From the NCBI GenBank assembly GCA_026023565.1, contig JAPETS010000008.1:682001-746000 (forward strand): 64,000 bases of DNA, given 5' to 3'. Shown here piece by piece: positions 37,301 through 49,582 of this stretch. The translations under genes were made by a program, and so were the position numbers. Position 1 is the stretch's first letter; every line of letters starts with the position of its first letter. The DNA comes from Cirrosporium novae-zelandiae. Its lineage: Eukaryota. The notes under the pieces were generated by a model that worked only from the letters and a program-made list of their open reading frames with translations, had not been told where the DNA came from and made no database searches.

Positions 37301-38786
37301 TCATGAAACCATCCACCAGCACCCTCCGATAACACCAACAAGAACTACAGTGGTTAAGAAGCCAGCACCAACCTTATCTCCCGTGGTTACTGTCGTTGTC
37401 GTTGTGCTGGATGATGAACTGCTACTAGTACCGGCCGTATTATCTCCTTTACTCGTGCCACCGGTAGTGTTCGTAACAGGTCCATCGACTTCGGTGATGA
37501 GCATCGCTTGAATGACTTCGAGAGCACTCATCTGTTGGCCAACCCCGGTGTTGCTGTCGTAAGTTGAACCCTTTGTCCATTGAAGACCGCAAGAGGTCCC
37601 ATCATCACCTCCAGAACATTGAAGGGCGGCCGCAGCAGCAGAAGGTTGGAGTTTGGCCATGATGGCGTCATAGGTAAACGGGGCCACTTTAATGGTAGCA
37701 GCCATCCAACGCGACAAGTAGGCTTTGAAGGAACATTGATCTGTATCGCATTTGGAATTCGGTTCACATGCGGCCTCATACATAATACCATTTTTGAAGA
37801 AGACGTCTGTAGCATTCAGAATCCCCTCAACCCTGGTCTTCCATTTATCGGCACCGTCTGTCTGAGCACGGGGGTCAGCCATGTTTTTACCAAATTAGGC
37901 CCGGGAATGACTTACATAGTTATACATGGTGGCAGCTCCCAGTAAGTACACACCGGCATTGTAAGACCATTGAATGTGATTCATGGTGGTGCAGTTATTG
38001 GTGGCACTGGTACCATCATAAAAATGATACGTATCGCTCATAAGGCCAACCGAAGCAACCCAGTCCCACATCTTCTCTGCCCAGTCAGCATAGGTGTCGT
38101 TGCTCGTGTACCTTGCTAGCCTGGAAGCCATGTTGAAAAAACAGCCGTTGGAAATGGTGTTTTTGTAGTTATAACCATTATTGAACGTAAAAATCTGCCA
38201 CCTCAAGCCTCCAGAACAGGTTGCACTATCCCAACGGGCGGCCTGGGAATTGAAGACACCCTGGGCCATGGCGAGCCACTGCGGCTCATCCGAATCTGGA
38301 TTAGGGAAATTCGTCTCTGCCGCTGACATTGCGGCCAGACCCCAGAAAGACTGATCGTCGTTACCCTCGGTTTTTGTCTGATTGTCGGGCATGAAATTGT
38401 CGTCGTCGCCAACTTGCCATAGCATGGCTTGCTTGGTAATTTTGTTGTATGAATCGTCGCCAGTATAATAATAATAATCTATGAGAGAGCCAAACATAGC
38501 ACCGGCTTCCCACCAGTAATATGGATCTGGCAAATTGCCGGGAACATCTCCGGTGTTGTTACCAGTGTAATAGGACACCATACCATATGCTATAGTGGCA
38601 GCGGCGCTCTTAATAGATGCTGGATATTTCTTAGCAATACAACAGATAAAGTGGTACTTCCAACATACCCGTATCGTTCAAGTCGAGGTCGATTGCTTGC
38701 ACTGCCTGCCCACCGAGCAAAGCGAGTCCGGCAACAGCTCTCCATGGGCTCCAGGCCTTGGAGGCAGCACGCGAACAGAGTCGCAT
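37301..38786 (-). CDS. DCW1: GH76 alpha-1,6-mannanase/transglycosidase (Dcw1/Dfg5-like), GPI-anchored
   Basis: Signal peptide, [17 protein letters not shown] (catalytic DD), [17 protein letters not shown], a Ser/Thr linker and a hydrophobic GPI tail. Confidence 0.93.
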
Positions 38787-39426
38787 ATTCAACTTTAAAA
38801 TATGTTACCGAATTTCCAAAAGAATTAGCACTCAAGGTTACAAGAATTGATTGATGGATAGTTGACGTCTTGATGGAAGGACTAATGGTGGATGAATGGA
38901 AAGATGGTCGACTCCAAGAGTAATGTTGGGTTTATGATATTCCTTGGCGTACTCGTATTCTCTTTTAAATAGCTAAATGGGTCAAATAACTCGAAAGAGT
39001 GGAAGGTTGTTGTTTTATTTGATAGATGGATATTGATGTCGTCGAATGAGAGTGAGGAGGCCGGGAAGCCAAGTTCAGATGGATGACGGCGATGAAGCCG
39101 TCTTGGATGAACAAGAAAACAGCAAAGGGAACAAACGAGCTTGAACCGACAAGCGGTAGAAAGAATGTAGGTCGTTAATCAAGCAATGGTTTGGGTAGAT
39201 TATTTGAGATGGGGGGGGGGGTGTTTTTTTTGATGATGGAAATTGAGTGCAGGTGTATTAGTTAGTTCCTGGGGGTCTGGAGTGTCAGTAGGAGGTAATT
39301 GCGTGTCGTCGGGGGCTCAGGTTCGGATCAGCCGCCAGCAAGGGATTTGATGAGAGATTGATGGATTAAAGCTTCTTTCAAGCTTTTGTGTGGCCCGTCA
39401 GGGTTTTTTCACTAGTAGTTTAAAAA

Positions 39427-39495
39427 GTACTGTATGTACTGTATGTACTGTATGTACTGGGCGTACTGTGTGTACTTTGTGTACTGTACTGTGTA
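39427..39495. repeat. Degenerate 9-bp tandem repeat (GTACTGTAT)n
   Basis: gtactgtat x3, followed by gtactgggc, gtactgtgt, gtactttgt and gtactgtactgt. Confidence 0.8.
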
Positions 39496-40098
39496 ATGTA
39501 TCGAGAATTAAGATGAGCAAGGAATATTTACACAATGACTGATGACCTGCTTGTTTATTGTGTCTGGTGTCGAATATGGGGGGATCCCTCTTCCTCCTCG
39601 TAATGGGCTCTCAAACTTGGTCCGTGGCCTTATGCCTTTATCCGCATCTGGCTCACTCTTTGTCTCACACCCTTCTTGGCTTGACATCTGCGACGCATCC
39701 ACCAAACTCGTATTACCCAAACATGCCCCTGACACCATCCTTGGCTAAACACTTTAATTCTTCTATTTTTAATTTCTTACATGTCCACACGATTCCTCCT
39801 TCTATCATCCCGGTGCCGTACCTGTACGGTACATGTACATGATGGTTCCCCCACAACCACAACTTCTGTTTACATATATTCATTCAGCCATCTTGCATAT
39901 CAATTAATTTATAACTAGTTAAATATGACATACGTACCTAGTTATCTCTATATACATCTATCTGGCTTTTAATTTTCCCCATAATGCGCCATGCAATAAC
40001 CAAAACCCCATTTCTACTCAACACCATGCTTTTAACACAGGAAGAGCCAAAATCAATTTTATATCAGAATATCAAATAAATAAAAAAGAGCGGACGCA

Positions 40099-42225
40099 TT
40101 ACAAATCTTTAAATTCATAATGCGTCCGTAAATATTCTCCATAACGATTGAATAGGATCGGAATCGGAAGAAGCGCCACACCAACAAATGCCAAGATCGA
40201 GTTACCCCAGCCATAGCCGAGGGCGTCGTACATGGTCTCGCCGGCAAGAGGGAGAACTGCGCCGACCACACTTCGGAGGATTGTATTTGCTGCGAGAGCC
40301 GATGCAGCCCAAACGGTGAAGGCGTCGACAAGATATGCTTGGACGCATAAAAACACAATGATATTACCAAGTCCTACCCAAAATGTCCCGATCTTACATT
40401 CATGTTAGCTAGGGGCTCTGTTCACTAGGGACTAAGGAAATAACTTACCATCGGGAGAATCCAATGGCAATGATACTCGGCGGTCCAGCCATACCAGAAA
40501 AGACCAATAGGAAGTCCAAATGCGGAGATGACCATTGGAGGGAGACGATACTCGGGTTTCAATACTCCATCTGCCCCCGCTCGTTTCTTCAGGATTCGAT
40601 CTGAAATACGTCCATTGATCAAAACACCCATCATAGAGCCTATTCCCATCGCGATGTATGCGAGGCCTGCAATTGACGTTATGACCACTTCTTTTCATGT
40701 CAGAGAATTTGTACTTACCAACAACAGTATCAGAGAAGTGATATGTACCCTGGAAGACCAAAGTAAATGTCGTAAATAGAAGATACAGTATGCCATAGCA
40801 GACGGCAATATAGATGGACAAAAGACAGACAATAGGGGAAAGCACTAGAAGTTTCAAAGGTCTCCAGATGGCACGCTTAAAGAGGTCCTTGGAGCTAAGA
40901 CCGACATCGAGTCTGGAATGAATGGCGGGATTGTTCTGCTCCTTACGGAGCTTCCTTGCCTTCCGCTCTAGAATAGTAACTGCGCTTGTTTCTCGCATGA
41001 AAACGAGGCACAACACAGTCAAGATACCAGAGATGATGGTGAGAAGCCAGAACACCCATCTCCAACCTGCGGCCGCATTCAAAAACCCTCCAATGATGGG
41101 TCCCACAATGGGGCCAATCATGGGGCCCATGGAGAAGATTGCCAGGGCCCTGCCTCGCTCTCGCTGAGTGATGAGGTCAGCGACAGTGCCACCACCATTA
41201 GCGATAGGTGCAGCACCAAACCAGCCTTGGCAGAATCGGAATACAATAAGCATATTGAGACTCGTGGCCTCTGCACAGGCAATACTAAATGCTGCATACC
41301 CAAGATTACAGATGTGATAAATAGGTACACGTCCAAACATCTCCGACAGAGGCGCGAGCACGATAGGACCAGCAGCAAATCCAAGGACGTAGACTGACAC
41401 GACAAATTCACTAAGAGTAGTAGAAGATGATCCAAATTCCCTCATCAGGGTGGGAACACCAGGGGCGAAAGCCGATGACCCTAAAGGACTAATTGGATAG
41501 GACCGTTAGCAGAGAACTCGGATGGGAAAATTACGGAAGCCTACGTTAAAAAAGTCAAGCACTATATCTACATTAGCATTACAGCGGACGATGCATATCA
41601 ATGCGGCACTTACAGAAACAAGAGCAATGTTAATCCATTTTATTTTAATAGTCCAATTTAATGGGTTTTCGGGGTCATCAGGACCGTCCCACCAGACTTC
41701 ATCAGGGTCAACTACTTCAACAGCTGTCTTGCTGGATCCATGGCTCGCTACACGAGCCGCCAATACACCTTGCGATTTCTCACTGGCTGCCAAGGAAGGC
41801 CGACGGTTTCCGGCTTGGCTTCGCCGACGTGATACTGACTGCCGTCGAACTTTTTCACCTTCGGCCGTAAGGATATAGCCCTCATTAGAAGGAATATCGG
41901 CGTCATGACCCTCACATGCAGCTAATTCTGATAAAGTTCGTTCAAGTGGTTGCAGTCTCTCATGAGTGCGGGAAGGGGTAGGCTGTAGCGGAGGAAGGTC
42001 GTCCTCCTCGTCTGGTGAATGGGCTCCGGTGAGAGGCCGCTGGCCCTCTCCTGATGATTCACTACGTCGACCGGTAATGGATTGGAATTTAGCGGCCTCG
42101 TACTCTTTACTTGGTGTTCCATGATCGCTATCGCTAGAAGTGGCGTCTGTATTATGTTCATCCCACGAGGGGAACCCCTGCTTTTCTATATCTTGATCTT
42201 TGGGGTCTTGCATTGTCCCACCCAT
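40099..42225 (-). CDS. MFS drug:H+ antiporter (DHA1 family)
   Basis: Motifs WDGPDDPENPLNW, APLSEMFGR, GGGTVADL, GPMIGPIVGPIIGG, PEYRLP and YLVDAF..AASALAA. Confidence 0.93.
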
Positions 42226-44120
42226 GGTTGTGGATATAGGTAGCTGGAAGTTGCACCAACGTTAGCACGGCGGAATTCATTATGTTGAACAAGCTAATGT
42301 TCTTGCTACATATAGTGTCTACAGAGCAGTCACCTCGGCTCTATCCAACAAGGGATAGTTATAGAGTGAGACCTCAAGTCAGATATCAGGTATCCCAACC
42401 CCATATTTGGTGGAGAGACATAAGATCCTAACCGTACATACTCGCAGACTGCGTCACTTGAGTTATGTTGCCGGATATGGCATCTAGTTGTTGATAGTGG
42501 AAAGGGACCGTACCTTGGATGATGGGCTTGAAATATATGCAGTTCACACCAGCGGCTGTACCCACTGGCTGGGCGGCGGAATAGCGGAACACTGAACGAT
42601 CTGCGGTAGTTTCTCTTCGTCTGGATATTAAACTCGAAGTGGTTGCAATGTCAACAAACGTGGATAGCAAGTAGCATTAAAAGCTATGAGAATATGAATA
42701 CCTAGGGAATGGTAGTTGAGGGAAGAAGTTTAGAAAAGAGAGAAGAAAAGAAAAGAAAAGGTTGGAACAGCCATATCTGTGGCCATGACCATCTACAGAT
42801 TTCATTCAATTTCAAAGATGTGCGCCTGATGGGTTAGAGACCGGCTCCGGTGTCTACTGAGTAGATGGTGCCATTATGCCGGGTCCTCGAGGTTGAGTTG
42901 TGCAAAACGGTGAAAAATATCAAACAGTTATGATGTGGGAGTAACTGTTATTGGAGATCGGGATTTGAGGGCGGTAGAATTGACAGCTGTACCATATAGA
43001 AATAGCCATATCGAGTATCAGAGCCGAGCTTCAAGGCTATGTAGAAGTGTCCATAAGGTCCATAAAGTCCATAGTGTCCCTATCACCGCCAGGGGAATTT
43101 CTTGGCTTTTTGGACGGCATCATCTCCGTGGACCTTTAGAACGACGTTTGAGTCATTGTACGGTTACAGTTTGACAGCTTGCCTTGACGACCGTTCATCA
43201 ATTGGGCTTGCATCTCGTGATAATTCTTCTCTCTAGAGTGGGCGAATGTCCATCGAACCAATGAAAACCTCTCTTCGCGCCGTTCGAGCCGACTTCCGCC
43301 ACCCTGGTTCAGCGCGGTGTCTGGGGGAGAATCAAGGGGGGTTTTTTTAAGGATGTTGTTTGATCTGGGAATTTTTTATTTTCGAGAAGATCTGAGATAA
43401 TTCCATCTGAAATAAAAACAATTAATTAATTATACCGGTAAGGATTACTTTTTCCAGTTCCATCTGTTCTGCTGAGGAATCTAAATCTCTAGGCGGAATT
43501 CTCCCGCTCTCGCTTCAACCCCCACGTGATCCTCCAAGCTTTCCGTCCTCTCAACTTCCGTTCGGCACGGGGTCCTACAGACACCGCTAGAATCGTGATT
43601 GCAAATCAAATCACGTATTTTTCAATCCTTGCAATTCCGGCCATTTCTATTCGACGACCAAGCATATCTTTCTCTTAACCTCCTATTTGCTGACCAAAGG
43701 CTGACAACCTCCACAACCTCCACGATTTACAATGATTGTGTAAATATTTCCATCTCATTTATAATCTAGCAAGGACATCAACAATAACAATAATAACAAC
43801 GGAACTGAATGACTTAATCATAAAATAATACTTCGTAAATAAGTACCATAGGCTTTAGTTTATTTCCTTGAAATACAGCCCTCCTCATCCTCCATGAATC
43901 CTATTGAAGACACACAAAATCATAGAGAGCTTCCCGCCTCTAGTACAATATTGAGCAAAACTACTCTTCTAGCATTGACAATCCCACTGTGGCGTCTATC
44001 CGAAGGATCATCCCCTCACTGTTGAACCATCATCCATCACCTCAAGTCGCCAAGCCACCTTCGCCATCAGCGGATAACTCCAAATTATCTACATTATCGT
44101 CTAGTTTATCAGCTCAGTCA

Positions 44121-45273
44121 ATGGCCCTGCCTGTCTATTTCGTGGGTCATGGAGGCCCAAATGTCATGTACGAGACAGATCATCCCGCCTATAGCAAACT
44201 GGGGGAGATTGGCCGAGAAATTACTACCAAGGTAAAGCCAAATGCCATTGTTGTCGTGAGTGCGCATTGGCAAGCAGGTGGATCAATGGGCCTCGGTGGA
44301 AGTGGCCAGGGTGCAAGGGTACAGGTAAATGTTGGAGATGGAAAAGAGGGGTTGATCTATGAGTGAGTCCAAATTGTCCTGCTCTTGATATGAATCCAAA
44401 TTGAGAGTCCCATATCCCTTCACCTTATTCAAAGGGGCACATATTATAGCCGGAGCGTAGTGGTCCGATACATATATCCCTATTTCCTATATGGTATCTT
44501 GTTCGATTGTAAAGTTATTGCTTTATTGCTTGTCTTTTGCCTAGAATGGAGAGGAGTCATGAGCTAATCAGTCAAATTCTAGCTTTTATGGTTTTCCAAA
44601 ACATTATTATGAGGAAAAATTCCCCTATGTTGGCAGTACCGAGGTTGCTGGAGAAGTTATGACCAAGCTGCAAAAAGCTGGCTTTAGTGTCGAACCCACC
44701 AAGAGAGGTTTGGATCATGGAGTCTGGGCTAGTTTCAAATGCCGTAAGTTTACTATCAGATCTCCAAGGGAAAATGTAACAAAGCATGAACCTGAATTCA
44801 CCATTTTAGTCTTTGATCTCGAGAGGAATCCCATCAAAGTTCCAATCGTCCAAGTTTCTCTTCCCTCCACCACTACAGATCCAACAACCCATTACGCCAT
44901 GGGAAAGGCCCTTGCTAGCCTCCGAGCTCCACCCTATAACTATCTCATTGTCGGCTCAGGAATGGCTGTACATAATCTGAGAGATTATATGTATGCCTTA
45001 TCCGATGAGCCCATGCCGTATACCAAATCTTTTGACAAGGCACTCAAGAATGCATGCGAAATAGATCCAGCTCAGAGGGAAGAGGCAATGGGTAAGCTGC
45101 TTGATAGGCCTGACACAAGAAAGGCGCATCCCATTCTAGACCATTTGTGGCCCATTTATTTTGCAGCTGGTGCTGCAGATGGGGAGAAGGGAAAGAGAAT
45201 CTGGACCTTCCAGGAGGGATCTATGAGTTGGGCGCAGTACAGATTTGGAAATCTAAATTCGAGTACATTGTAG
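44121..45273 (+). CDS. LigB-fold aromatic ring-opening dioxygenase (DODA/YgiD-type)
   Basis: Motifs VYFVGHGGP, VSAHW, FYGFP, RGLDHGVW, GSGMAVHNL and AHPILDHLWP. Introns at ~44363-44582 and 44744-44809. Confidence 0.9.
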
Positions 45274-45367
45274 ACCGATAGCAAATGGCAAATAAAAATA
45301 TGAACCATGACAAATAAATTTCGATCTCTGTACAATCCTTTTTGTTGATGGGTATTCCTCGAGAGGA

Positions 45368-45926
45368 CTATGCCTGATGGACTAGGGTCTTGATTTTCTC
45401 TTCTATTTCCTTATCCGATAGTCCTGCATCAGAATTAGCATGATTTCGGGAGCCACCCACTATATCGTACGGGATGTTCAGAAAAATTAGTGTGACTAAC
45501 CAATCAAGCTCTCTTTTTTCTCCTTCCCGAGCTCTGCCGGTTCAACAAAAAGTTGTTAGCTTGACCAAATATCAAGATTTAGTTGCTATTTTTGATCTCT
45601 AATATAAACATATCCTTTCAGATATCCAGGCTTACCATATCTAGCGTATACCGTTGGCGGCGTGTCCACTGCTTCCCGGAGCATGATAGGTGTATATGGG
45701 TTGTTCTTCTTCATTATGGGATAAACACGGGTCAGGAATGATCTATAGTCATACTTTATCAGTCGGTGGTTTCAATTGAGATGGCGATAGAGATATGTAG
45801 GGGAAAAAAGGCAGGGGCAAAAGGTGACATTTCCTACCTCGTTGCGGCGCTGGGCTCTGAAGTCTGGCAGAAGAGAAAGCGGAGCTCTTTGAGAGATTTT
45901 GTGAAGGCGTATTTCCCGGCAGCCAT
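45368..45926 (-). CDS. NDUFA2: NADH:ubiquinone oxidoreductase 10.5 kDa (B8/NDUFA2) subunit, 4 exons, not recovered in the correct frame by the ORF track
   Basis: Hand-spliced sequence: MAAGKYAFTKSLKELRFLFCQTSEPSAATR|SFLTRVYPIMKKNNPYTPIMLREAVDTPPTVYARY|ELGKEKKESLI|GLSDKEIEEKIKTLVHQA*. Confidence 0.92.
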
Positions 45927-46413
45927 GGTGAATGAATTTTCCAATTTAATTTCTTGGAATTCAAAGAGTGGAGATATATTTCGTGGAAATAATGAGAGGA
46001 GCAATAAGAGTGCTGAATGAACAATGTCGTCGATGTTGAAGCTTCAGAGAAGTCGACGGCCGGAGCCACTAAACCCTAAAAAAATAGTTTCGGAGATAAA
46101 GTAACTGAACGGTCTACGATGAAGTCAATGAGAGCTTAATTGACACAGATAAATCATAAATGCACAATTCTCATTATCTCATTTTCCATCGTCATTGTCA
46201 CCTTATAATATATCCCAAATCATCTTCATCTGCGAGCTTCCCCTCTACCCCGGAGGTTGCTGTATCAATAATCCCCGATTCCTCCGCAATTCAATCTCCA
46301 CTTACTCCCCGAGCTGAAGCTCAACCCCAACATAATCTTCTCCTTGCCCCACCCTAGTAGTCCTCTATATCACCGACCAATTCTCCCGAAAAATTCTCAA
46401 CCATCTTTCCATC

Positions 46414-47178
46414 ATGTCATTCTCACGAACCGGTATCCGTCTTCTCTCTTCCACCACCCCCCGCGCCTCTACCTCAGCGTTCCGCTCTACATTCCTCCGG
46501 CAAGCAAAGCCAATCGGTCGCCGATATGCTGCTACAGATTCCACGGCCACACCTGCAAAGCGGAATATATTCCAGAAGCTGTGGGACAGTCCTGTTGGCT
46601 TCAAAACGGTGCATTTCTGGTAAGTAGTTGAATTTCCCGAATGAATGGAAAGAGGGATGTATCTCTTGTCATACAATGGATGTGATCTTTGATTTCTTAT
46701 AATGTTCCCCCGATGAAGCCATGGCTAATATTTCCGGATCTTACTCTAGGGCTCCTGTGATGAAGGTATAATTTATCCCAGTTCTTCCCCTTCCTTCCAG
46801 GCATTCCGGAATATATTTTCCTTGCGATATGCTCAATGCGTTAACCATATATAATAGTGGGCGCTCGTTCTTGCTGGAATCAGCGATTTCTACCGTCCCG
46901 CCGATAAACTATCCCTCACACAAAACCTTGCCCTTACTGCTACAGGCACTATCTGGACTCGCTGGTGCTTCGTGATCAGGCCCCAGAATATGCTGTATGT
47001 AGATTTGTCTGTATTTTTCCAAGCACCATGACTCACGTTTCACAGTCTTGCCGCAGTCAACTTTTTCCTCGCTTGTGTTGGTGTCACCCAGTGCTCGCGC
47101 ATTTTCCTCTACCGCTACAGCCAGAAAAACAAGCGACAGCCGGGGACTGTAGATGAATCCTTAGTGCAGACAAAGTAA
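46414..47178 (+). CDS. MPC2: Mitochondrial pyruvate carrier subunit (Mpc2/Mpc3 type)
   Basis: Presequence-like N-terminus, then WDSPVGFKTVHFW|APVMK|WALVLAGISD..RPADKLS, IWTRWCFVIRP and LAAVNFFL. It includes a 16-nt exon at 46750-46765. Confidence 0.92.
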
Positions 47179-47950
47179 GCTATCAAGAAGGCGTCTGCTT
47201 CTTGAAGTGCTAGCTCTATACTACACTTAAGAACTATCACTACTACTACGAGTTGATCCATGGGAGGAAATCAAGACTCTGTCATTCATAATACAAGGTC
47301 GAATCTAGACGGGCACAAGCTAGAGCTTTGGTTTTCGGTTCCTTCTTTTTGTCATGAACGGAATTATTTTTTCCAAGTTTGTACAACGTACTTCACGGGC
47401 AGCTGTGGGAATTAAGATTTGCTCTAGGGATATTGGATTTAAAAGAAAGAATTGAGAAGATGCGGTTTAATAATATATGCGGCTCTTTTCTGCTTTCGCT
47501 CACATTATTCCGAGATTATTTTATGAGCGTGCTTCGATTCTCACAACGGGTGATGTCACCGTTTGACACGTGGGTCGTATTTATTTTTCCATGGAGCATA
47601 TACAAAAAACCTTTATGCTGGATGGAAAAATAGGCAGGAAATTATATCCGGTTTGTTATGTAGACTATGCTCAACCCCTCTCATACATGTGAGAAATTGG
47701 GGACATTTCGGCTCTTCGACTGTATAATTCAGTCCTATTCAAAGTTTTGCGGCATTACTCAGTATATGCACACACGAGATTTCCCGATAATGAATGATAC
47801 ACAATCTGATACAAAAGTAATCCGCAACTTATATTCTTCGATGCCATGAACAGTGATCCGGGGAAACGGGCACCGCAAAGCATCAATTGACCAAGGTATT
47901 TACATTCAGCAACTAATGTAGGTAAGGGATAAAGACTGCACCAAGATGAA

Positions 47951-48607
47951 TTAGAATCCCTCCTTGCCCCACTTGTTGTATTTGTCATGCAAATGCTATC
48001 ATCTTTAGTTAGCCGGGTCCTAGAATCTCTAGAAAGCTATATATTTTGAGATGGGAGGGGCTTCTTGCCTTCGGTAGGGTGACATTAGGAACAACAACGC
48101 TGTTCAAAGCGCTGGGAGCCTCCCTGGGAGGAGCGTTCTTGTCACCACCTGGGTGGTACTGATACTTGCCCTCTCCGGCACCTTCACGGTTCCAGGGCAT
48201 GCTCTTGTCTGCCACAGCGACACTGGTTTCAGAGGTAGCGGATGTTGGCTTCTGGCCTGAAGAGATGAATTGGTCAGAGTGATATAATCTCTATACGGAC
48301 GAGATAAGAAAGAAATACCAAAGTAGAATCCCGCCAGACCGAAGGCACCGGTCATGATTGCCAGAAGGACCTGGAAGAAGGCGGAGTTATTGTTAGTTCA
48401 GTTGGTGGCTTCCACCATCAAATTTGGCGAAAAAATATTGATTGAATATTATCATCGACGCACATAGAGCTCGGGATCTTTCTTGGCTCCCTTCTTGAGA
48501 GGCTCGGAGGCCTTTGCTTCCGCGGCGAAACGGCGTGTGGATTGAGAAAAGGCACGGGTTGAAATACGCGACGGAGCGCGGGTGGCAATTCGAGCCAGCA
48601 TAGACAT
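47951..48607 (-). CDS. Small uncharacterised single-TM protein, probably mitochondrial
   Basis: MSMLARIATRAPSRISTRAFSQSTRRFA (presequence-like), KKDPELY|VLLAIMTGAFGLAGFYF (TM), GKYQYHPGGD and VTLPK|HLHDKYNKWGKEGF*. The last intron (47996-48068) is GC-AG. Confidence 0.8.
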
Positions 48608-49582
48608 TTTGATAGAGCGGAGATGTTGTTCTGTAGAGAAGAGGTTTGATGTGTTAGATAGTTAGATTGGGAGGGGGAAGGTTGAATGTTAATAGAGGTG
48701 AATTAAGAAAGCTGTGAATGGTGGTGGTACGACCCGAAGGTTTCCTTAAGGCTGAGATCCAATTAACTTAAGGCACCAAAGTACTCGAGTACTAAGCAAG
48801 GCAGGCAAACAGTAGCAAACAGCAGCAAACAGTGCAAAGTGTTACTGTAAGTGTTCGAGAAGAAGCAAACATTCAAGGTGTGAGGTGGCAGGGGGTGGTA
48901 GGTGGGAGGTGGGTGGATGGAATGGGCCGACACAATCTTATTGCACGTGATGGCAATATAACCGAAAAAGTAAGAGATCAGTCCCAGAAGGGAAAAAGGG
49001 AAAAGACAGGGAAAAAAAAATGGTGGAAAAATGCAGGACAGGTACGACAGGAACTAGTAAACCCAGATAGTGCCTGAGGCTACTTTGCGTCACTCCCCCC
49101 TGGAGTCCTGGACATCAAACACATCTCTTTTGAACTTTATTATACTCAAGTACTCTTCTTCAGCCTTCAAACAAGAGGTTCGAACAACCAAGCTTGTCGT
49201 CCCATCCTTCATCACTCTTTTTAGCCCTACTCCAATTTAATTTCGCCTTCTTCTCTTCATTTCTCTTTTGTGGCGTTATCACTGTCGAAAATCTGTCTGA
49301 TATTGGGTCTGCTTGCCGCTCATTTGGACGATAATTAAAGAAATACCAGAATACCCAAAATACCAATATGAAATCTTGGAGTCAATTAATTCGCCCTTTC
49401 AACGACAACTCATCCAATTTACTTTGACCATATCGAATCCTTTTCTTTCCTCTTCTTCGCAATCGAGCCCCTCAAAACCCTTCCCATCCTCTTTCAATAT
49501 ATTCGCCAAACAACATCGCGCCTCTTCATCTCCACCACCTTCCGAATAATACTTACGATAATACCCAAACATTGCTTGCGCA

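Noticed and set aside
43350..43415. GATCTGAGATAATTCCATC resembling part of a TPP riboswitch
   Set aside because: The rest of the aptamer consensus is absent and no thiamine gene is nearby.
48780..48793. 14-bp palindrome AGTACTCGAGTACT in a divergent promoter
   Set aside because: A single palindrome of this length is expected by chance in 64 kb.
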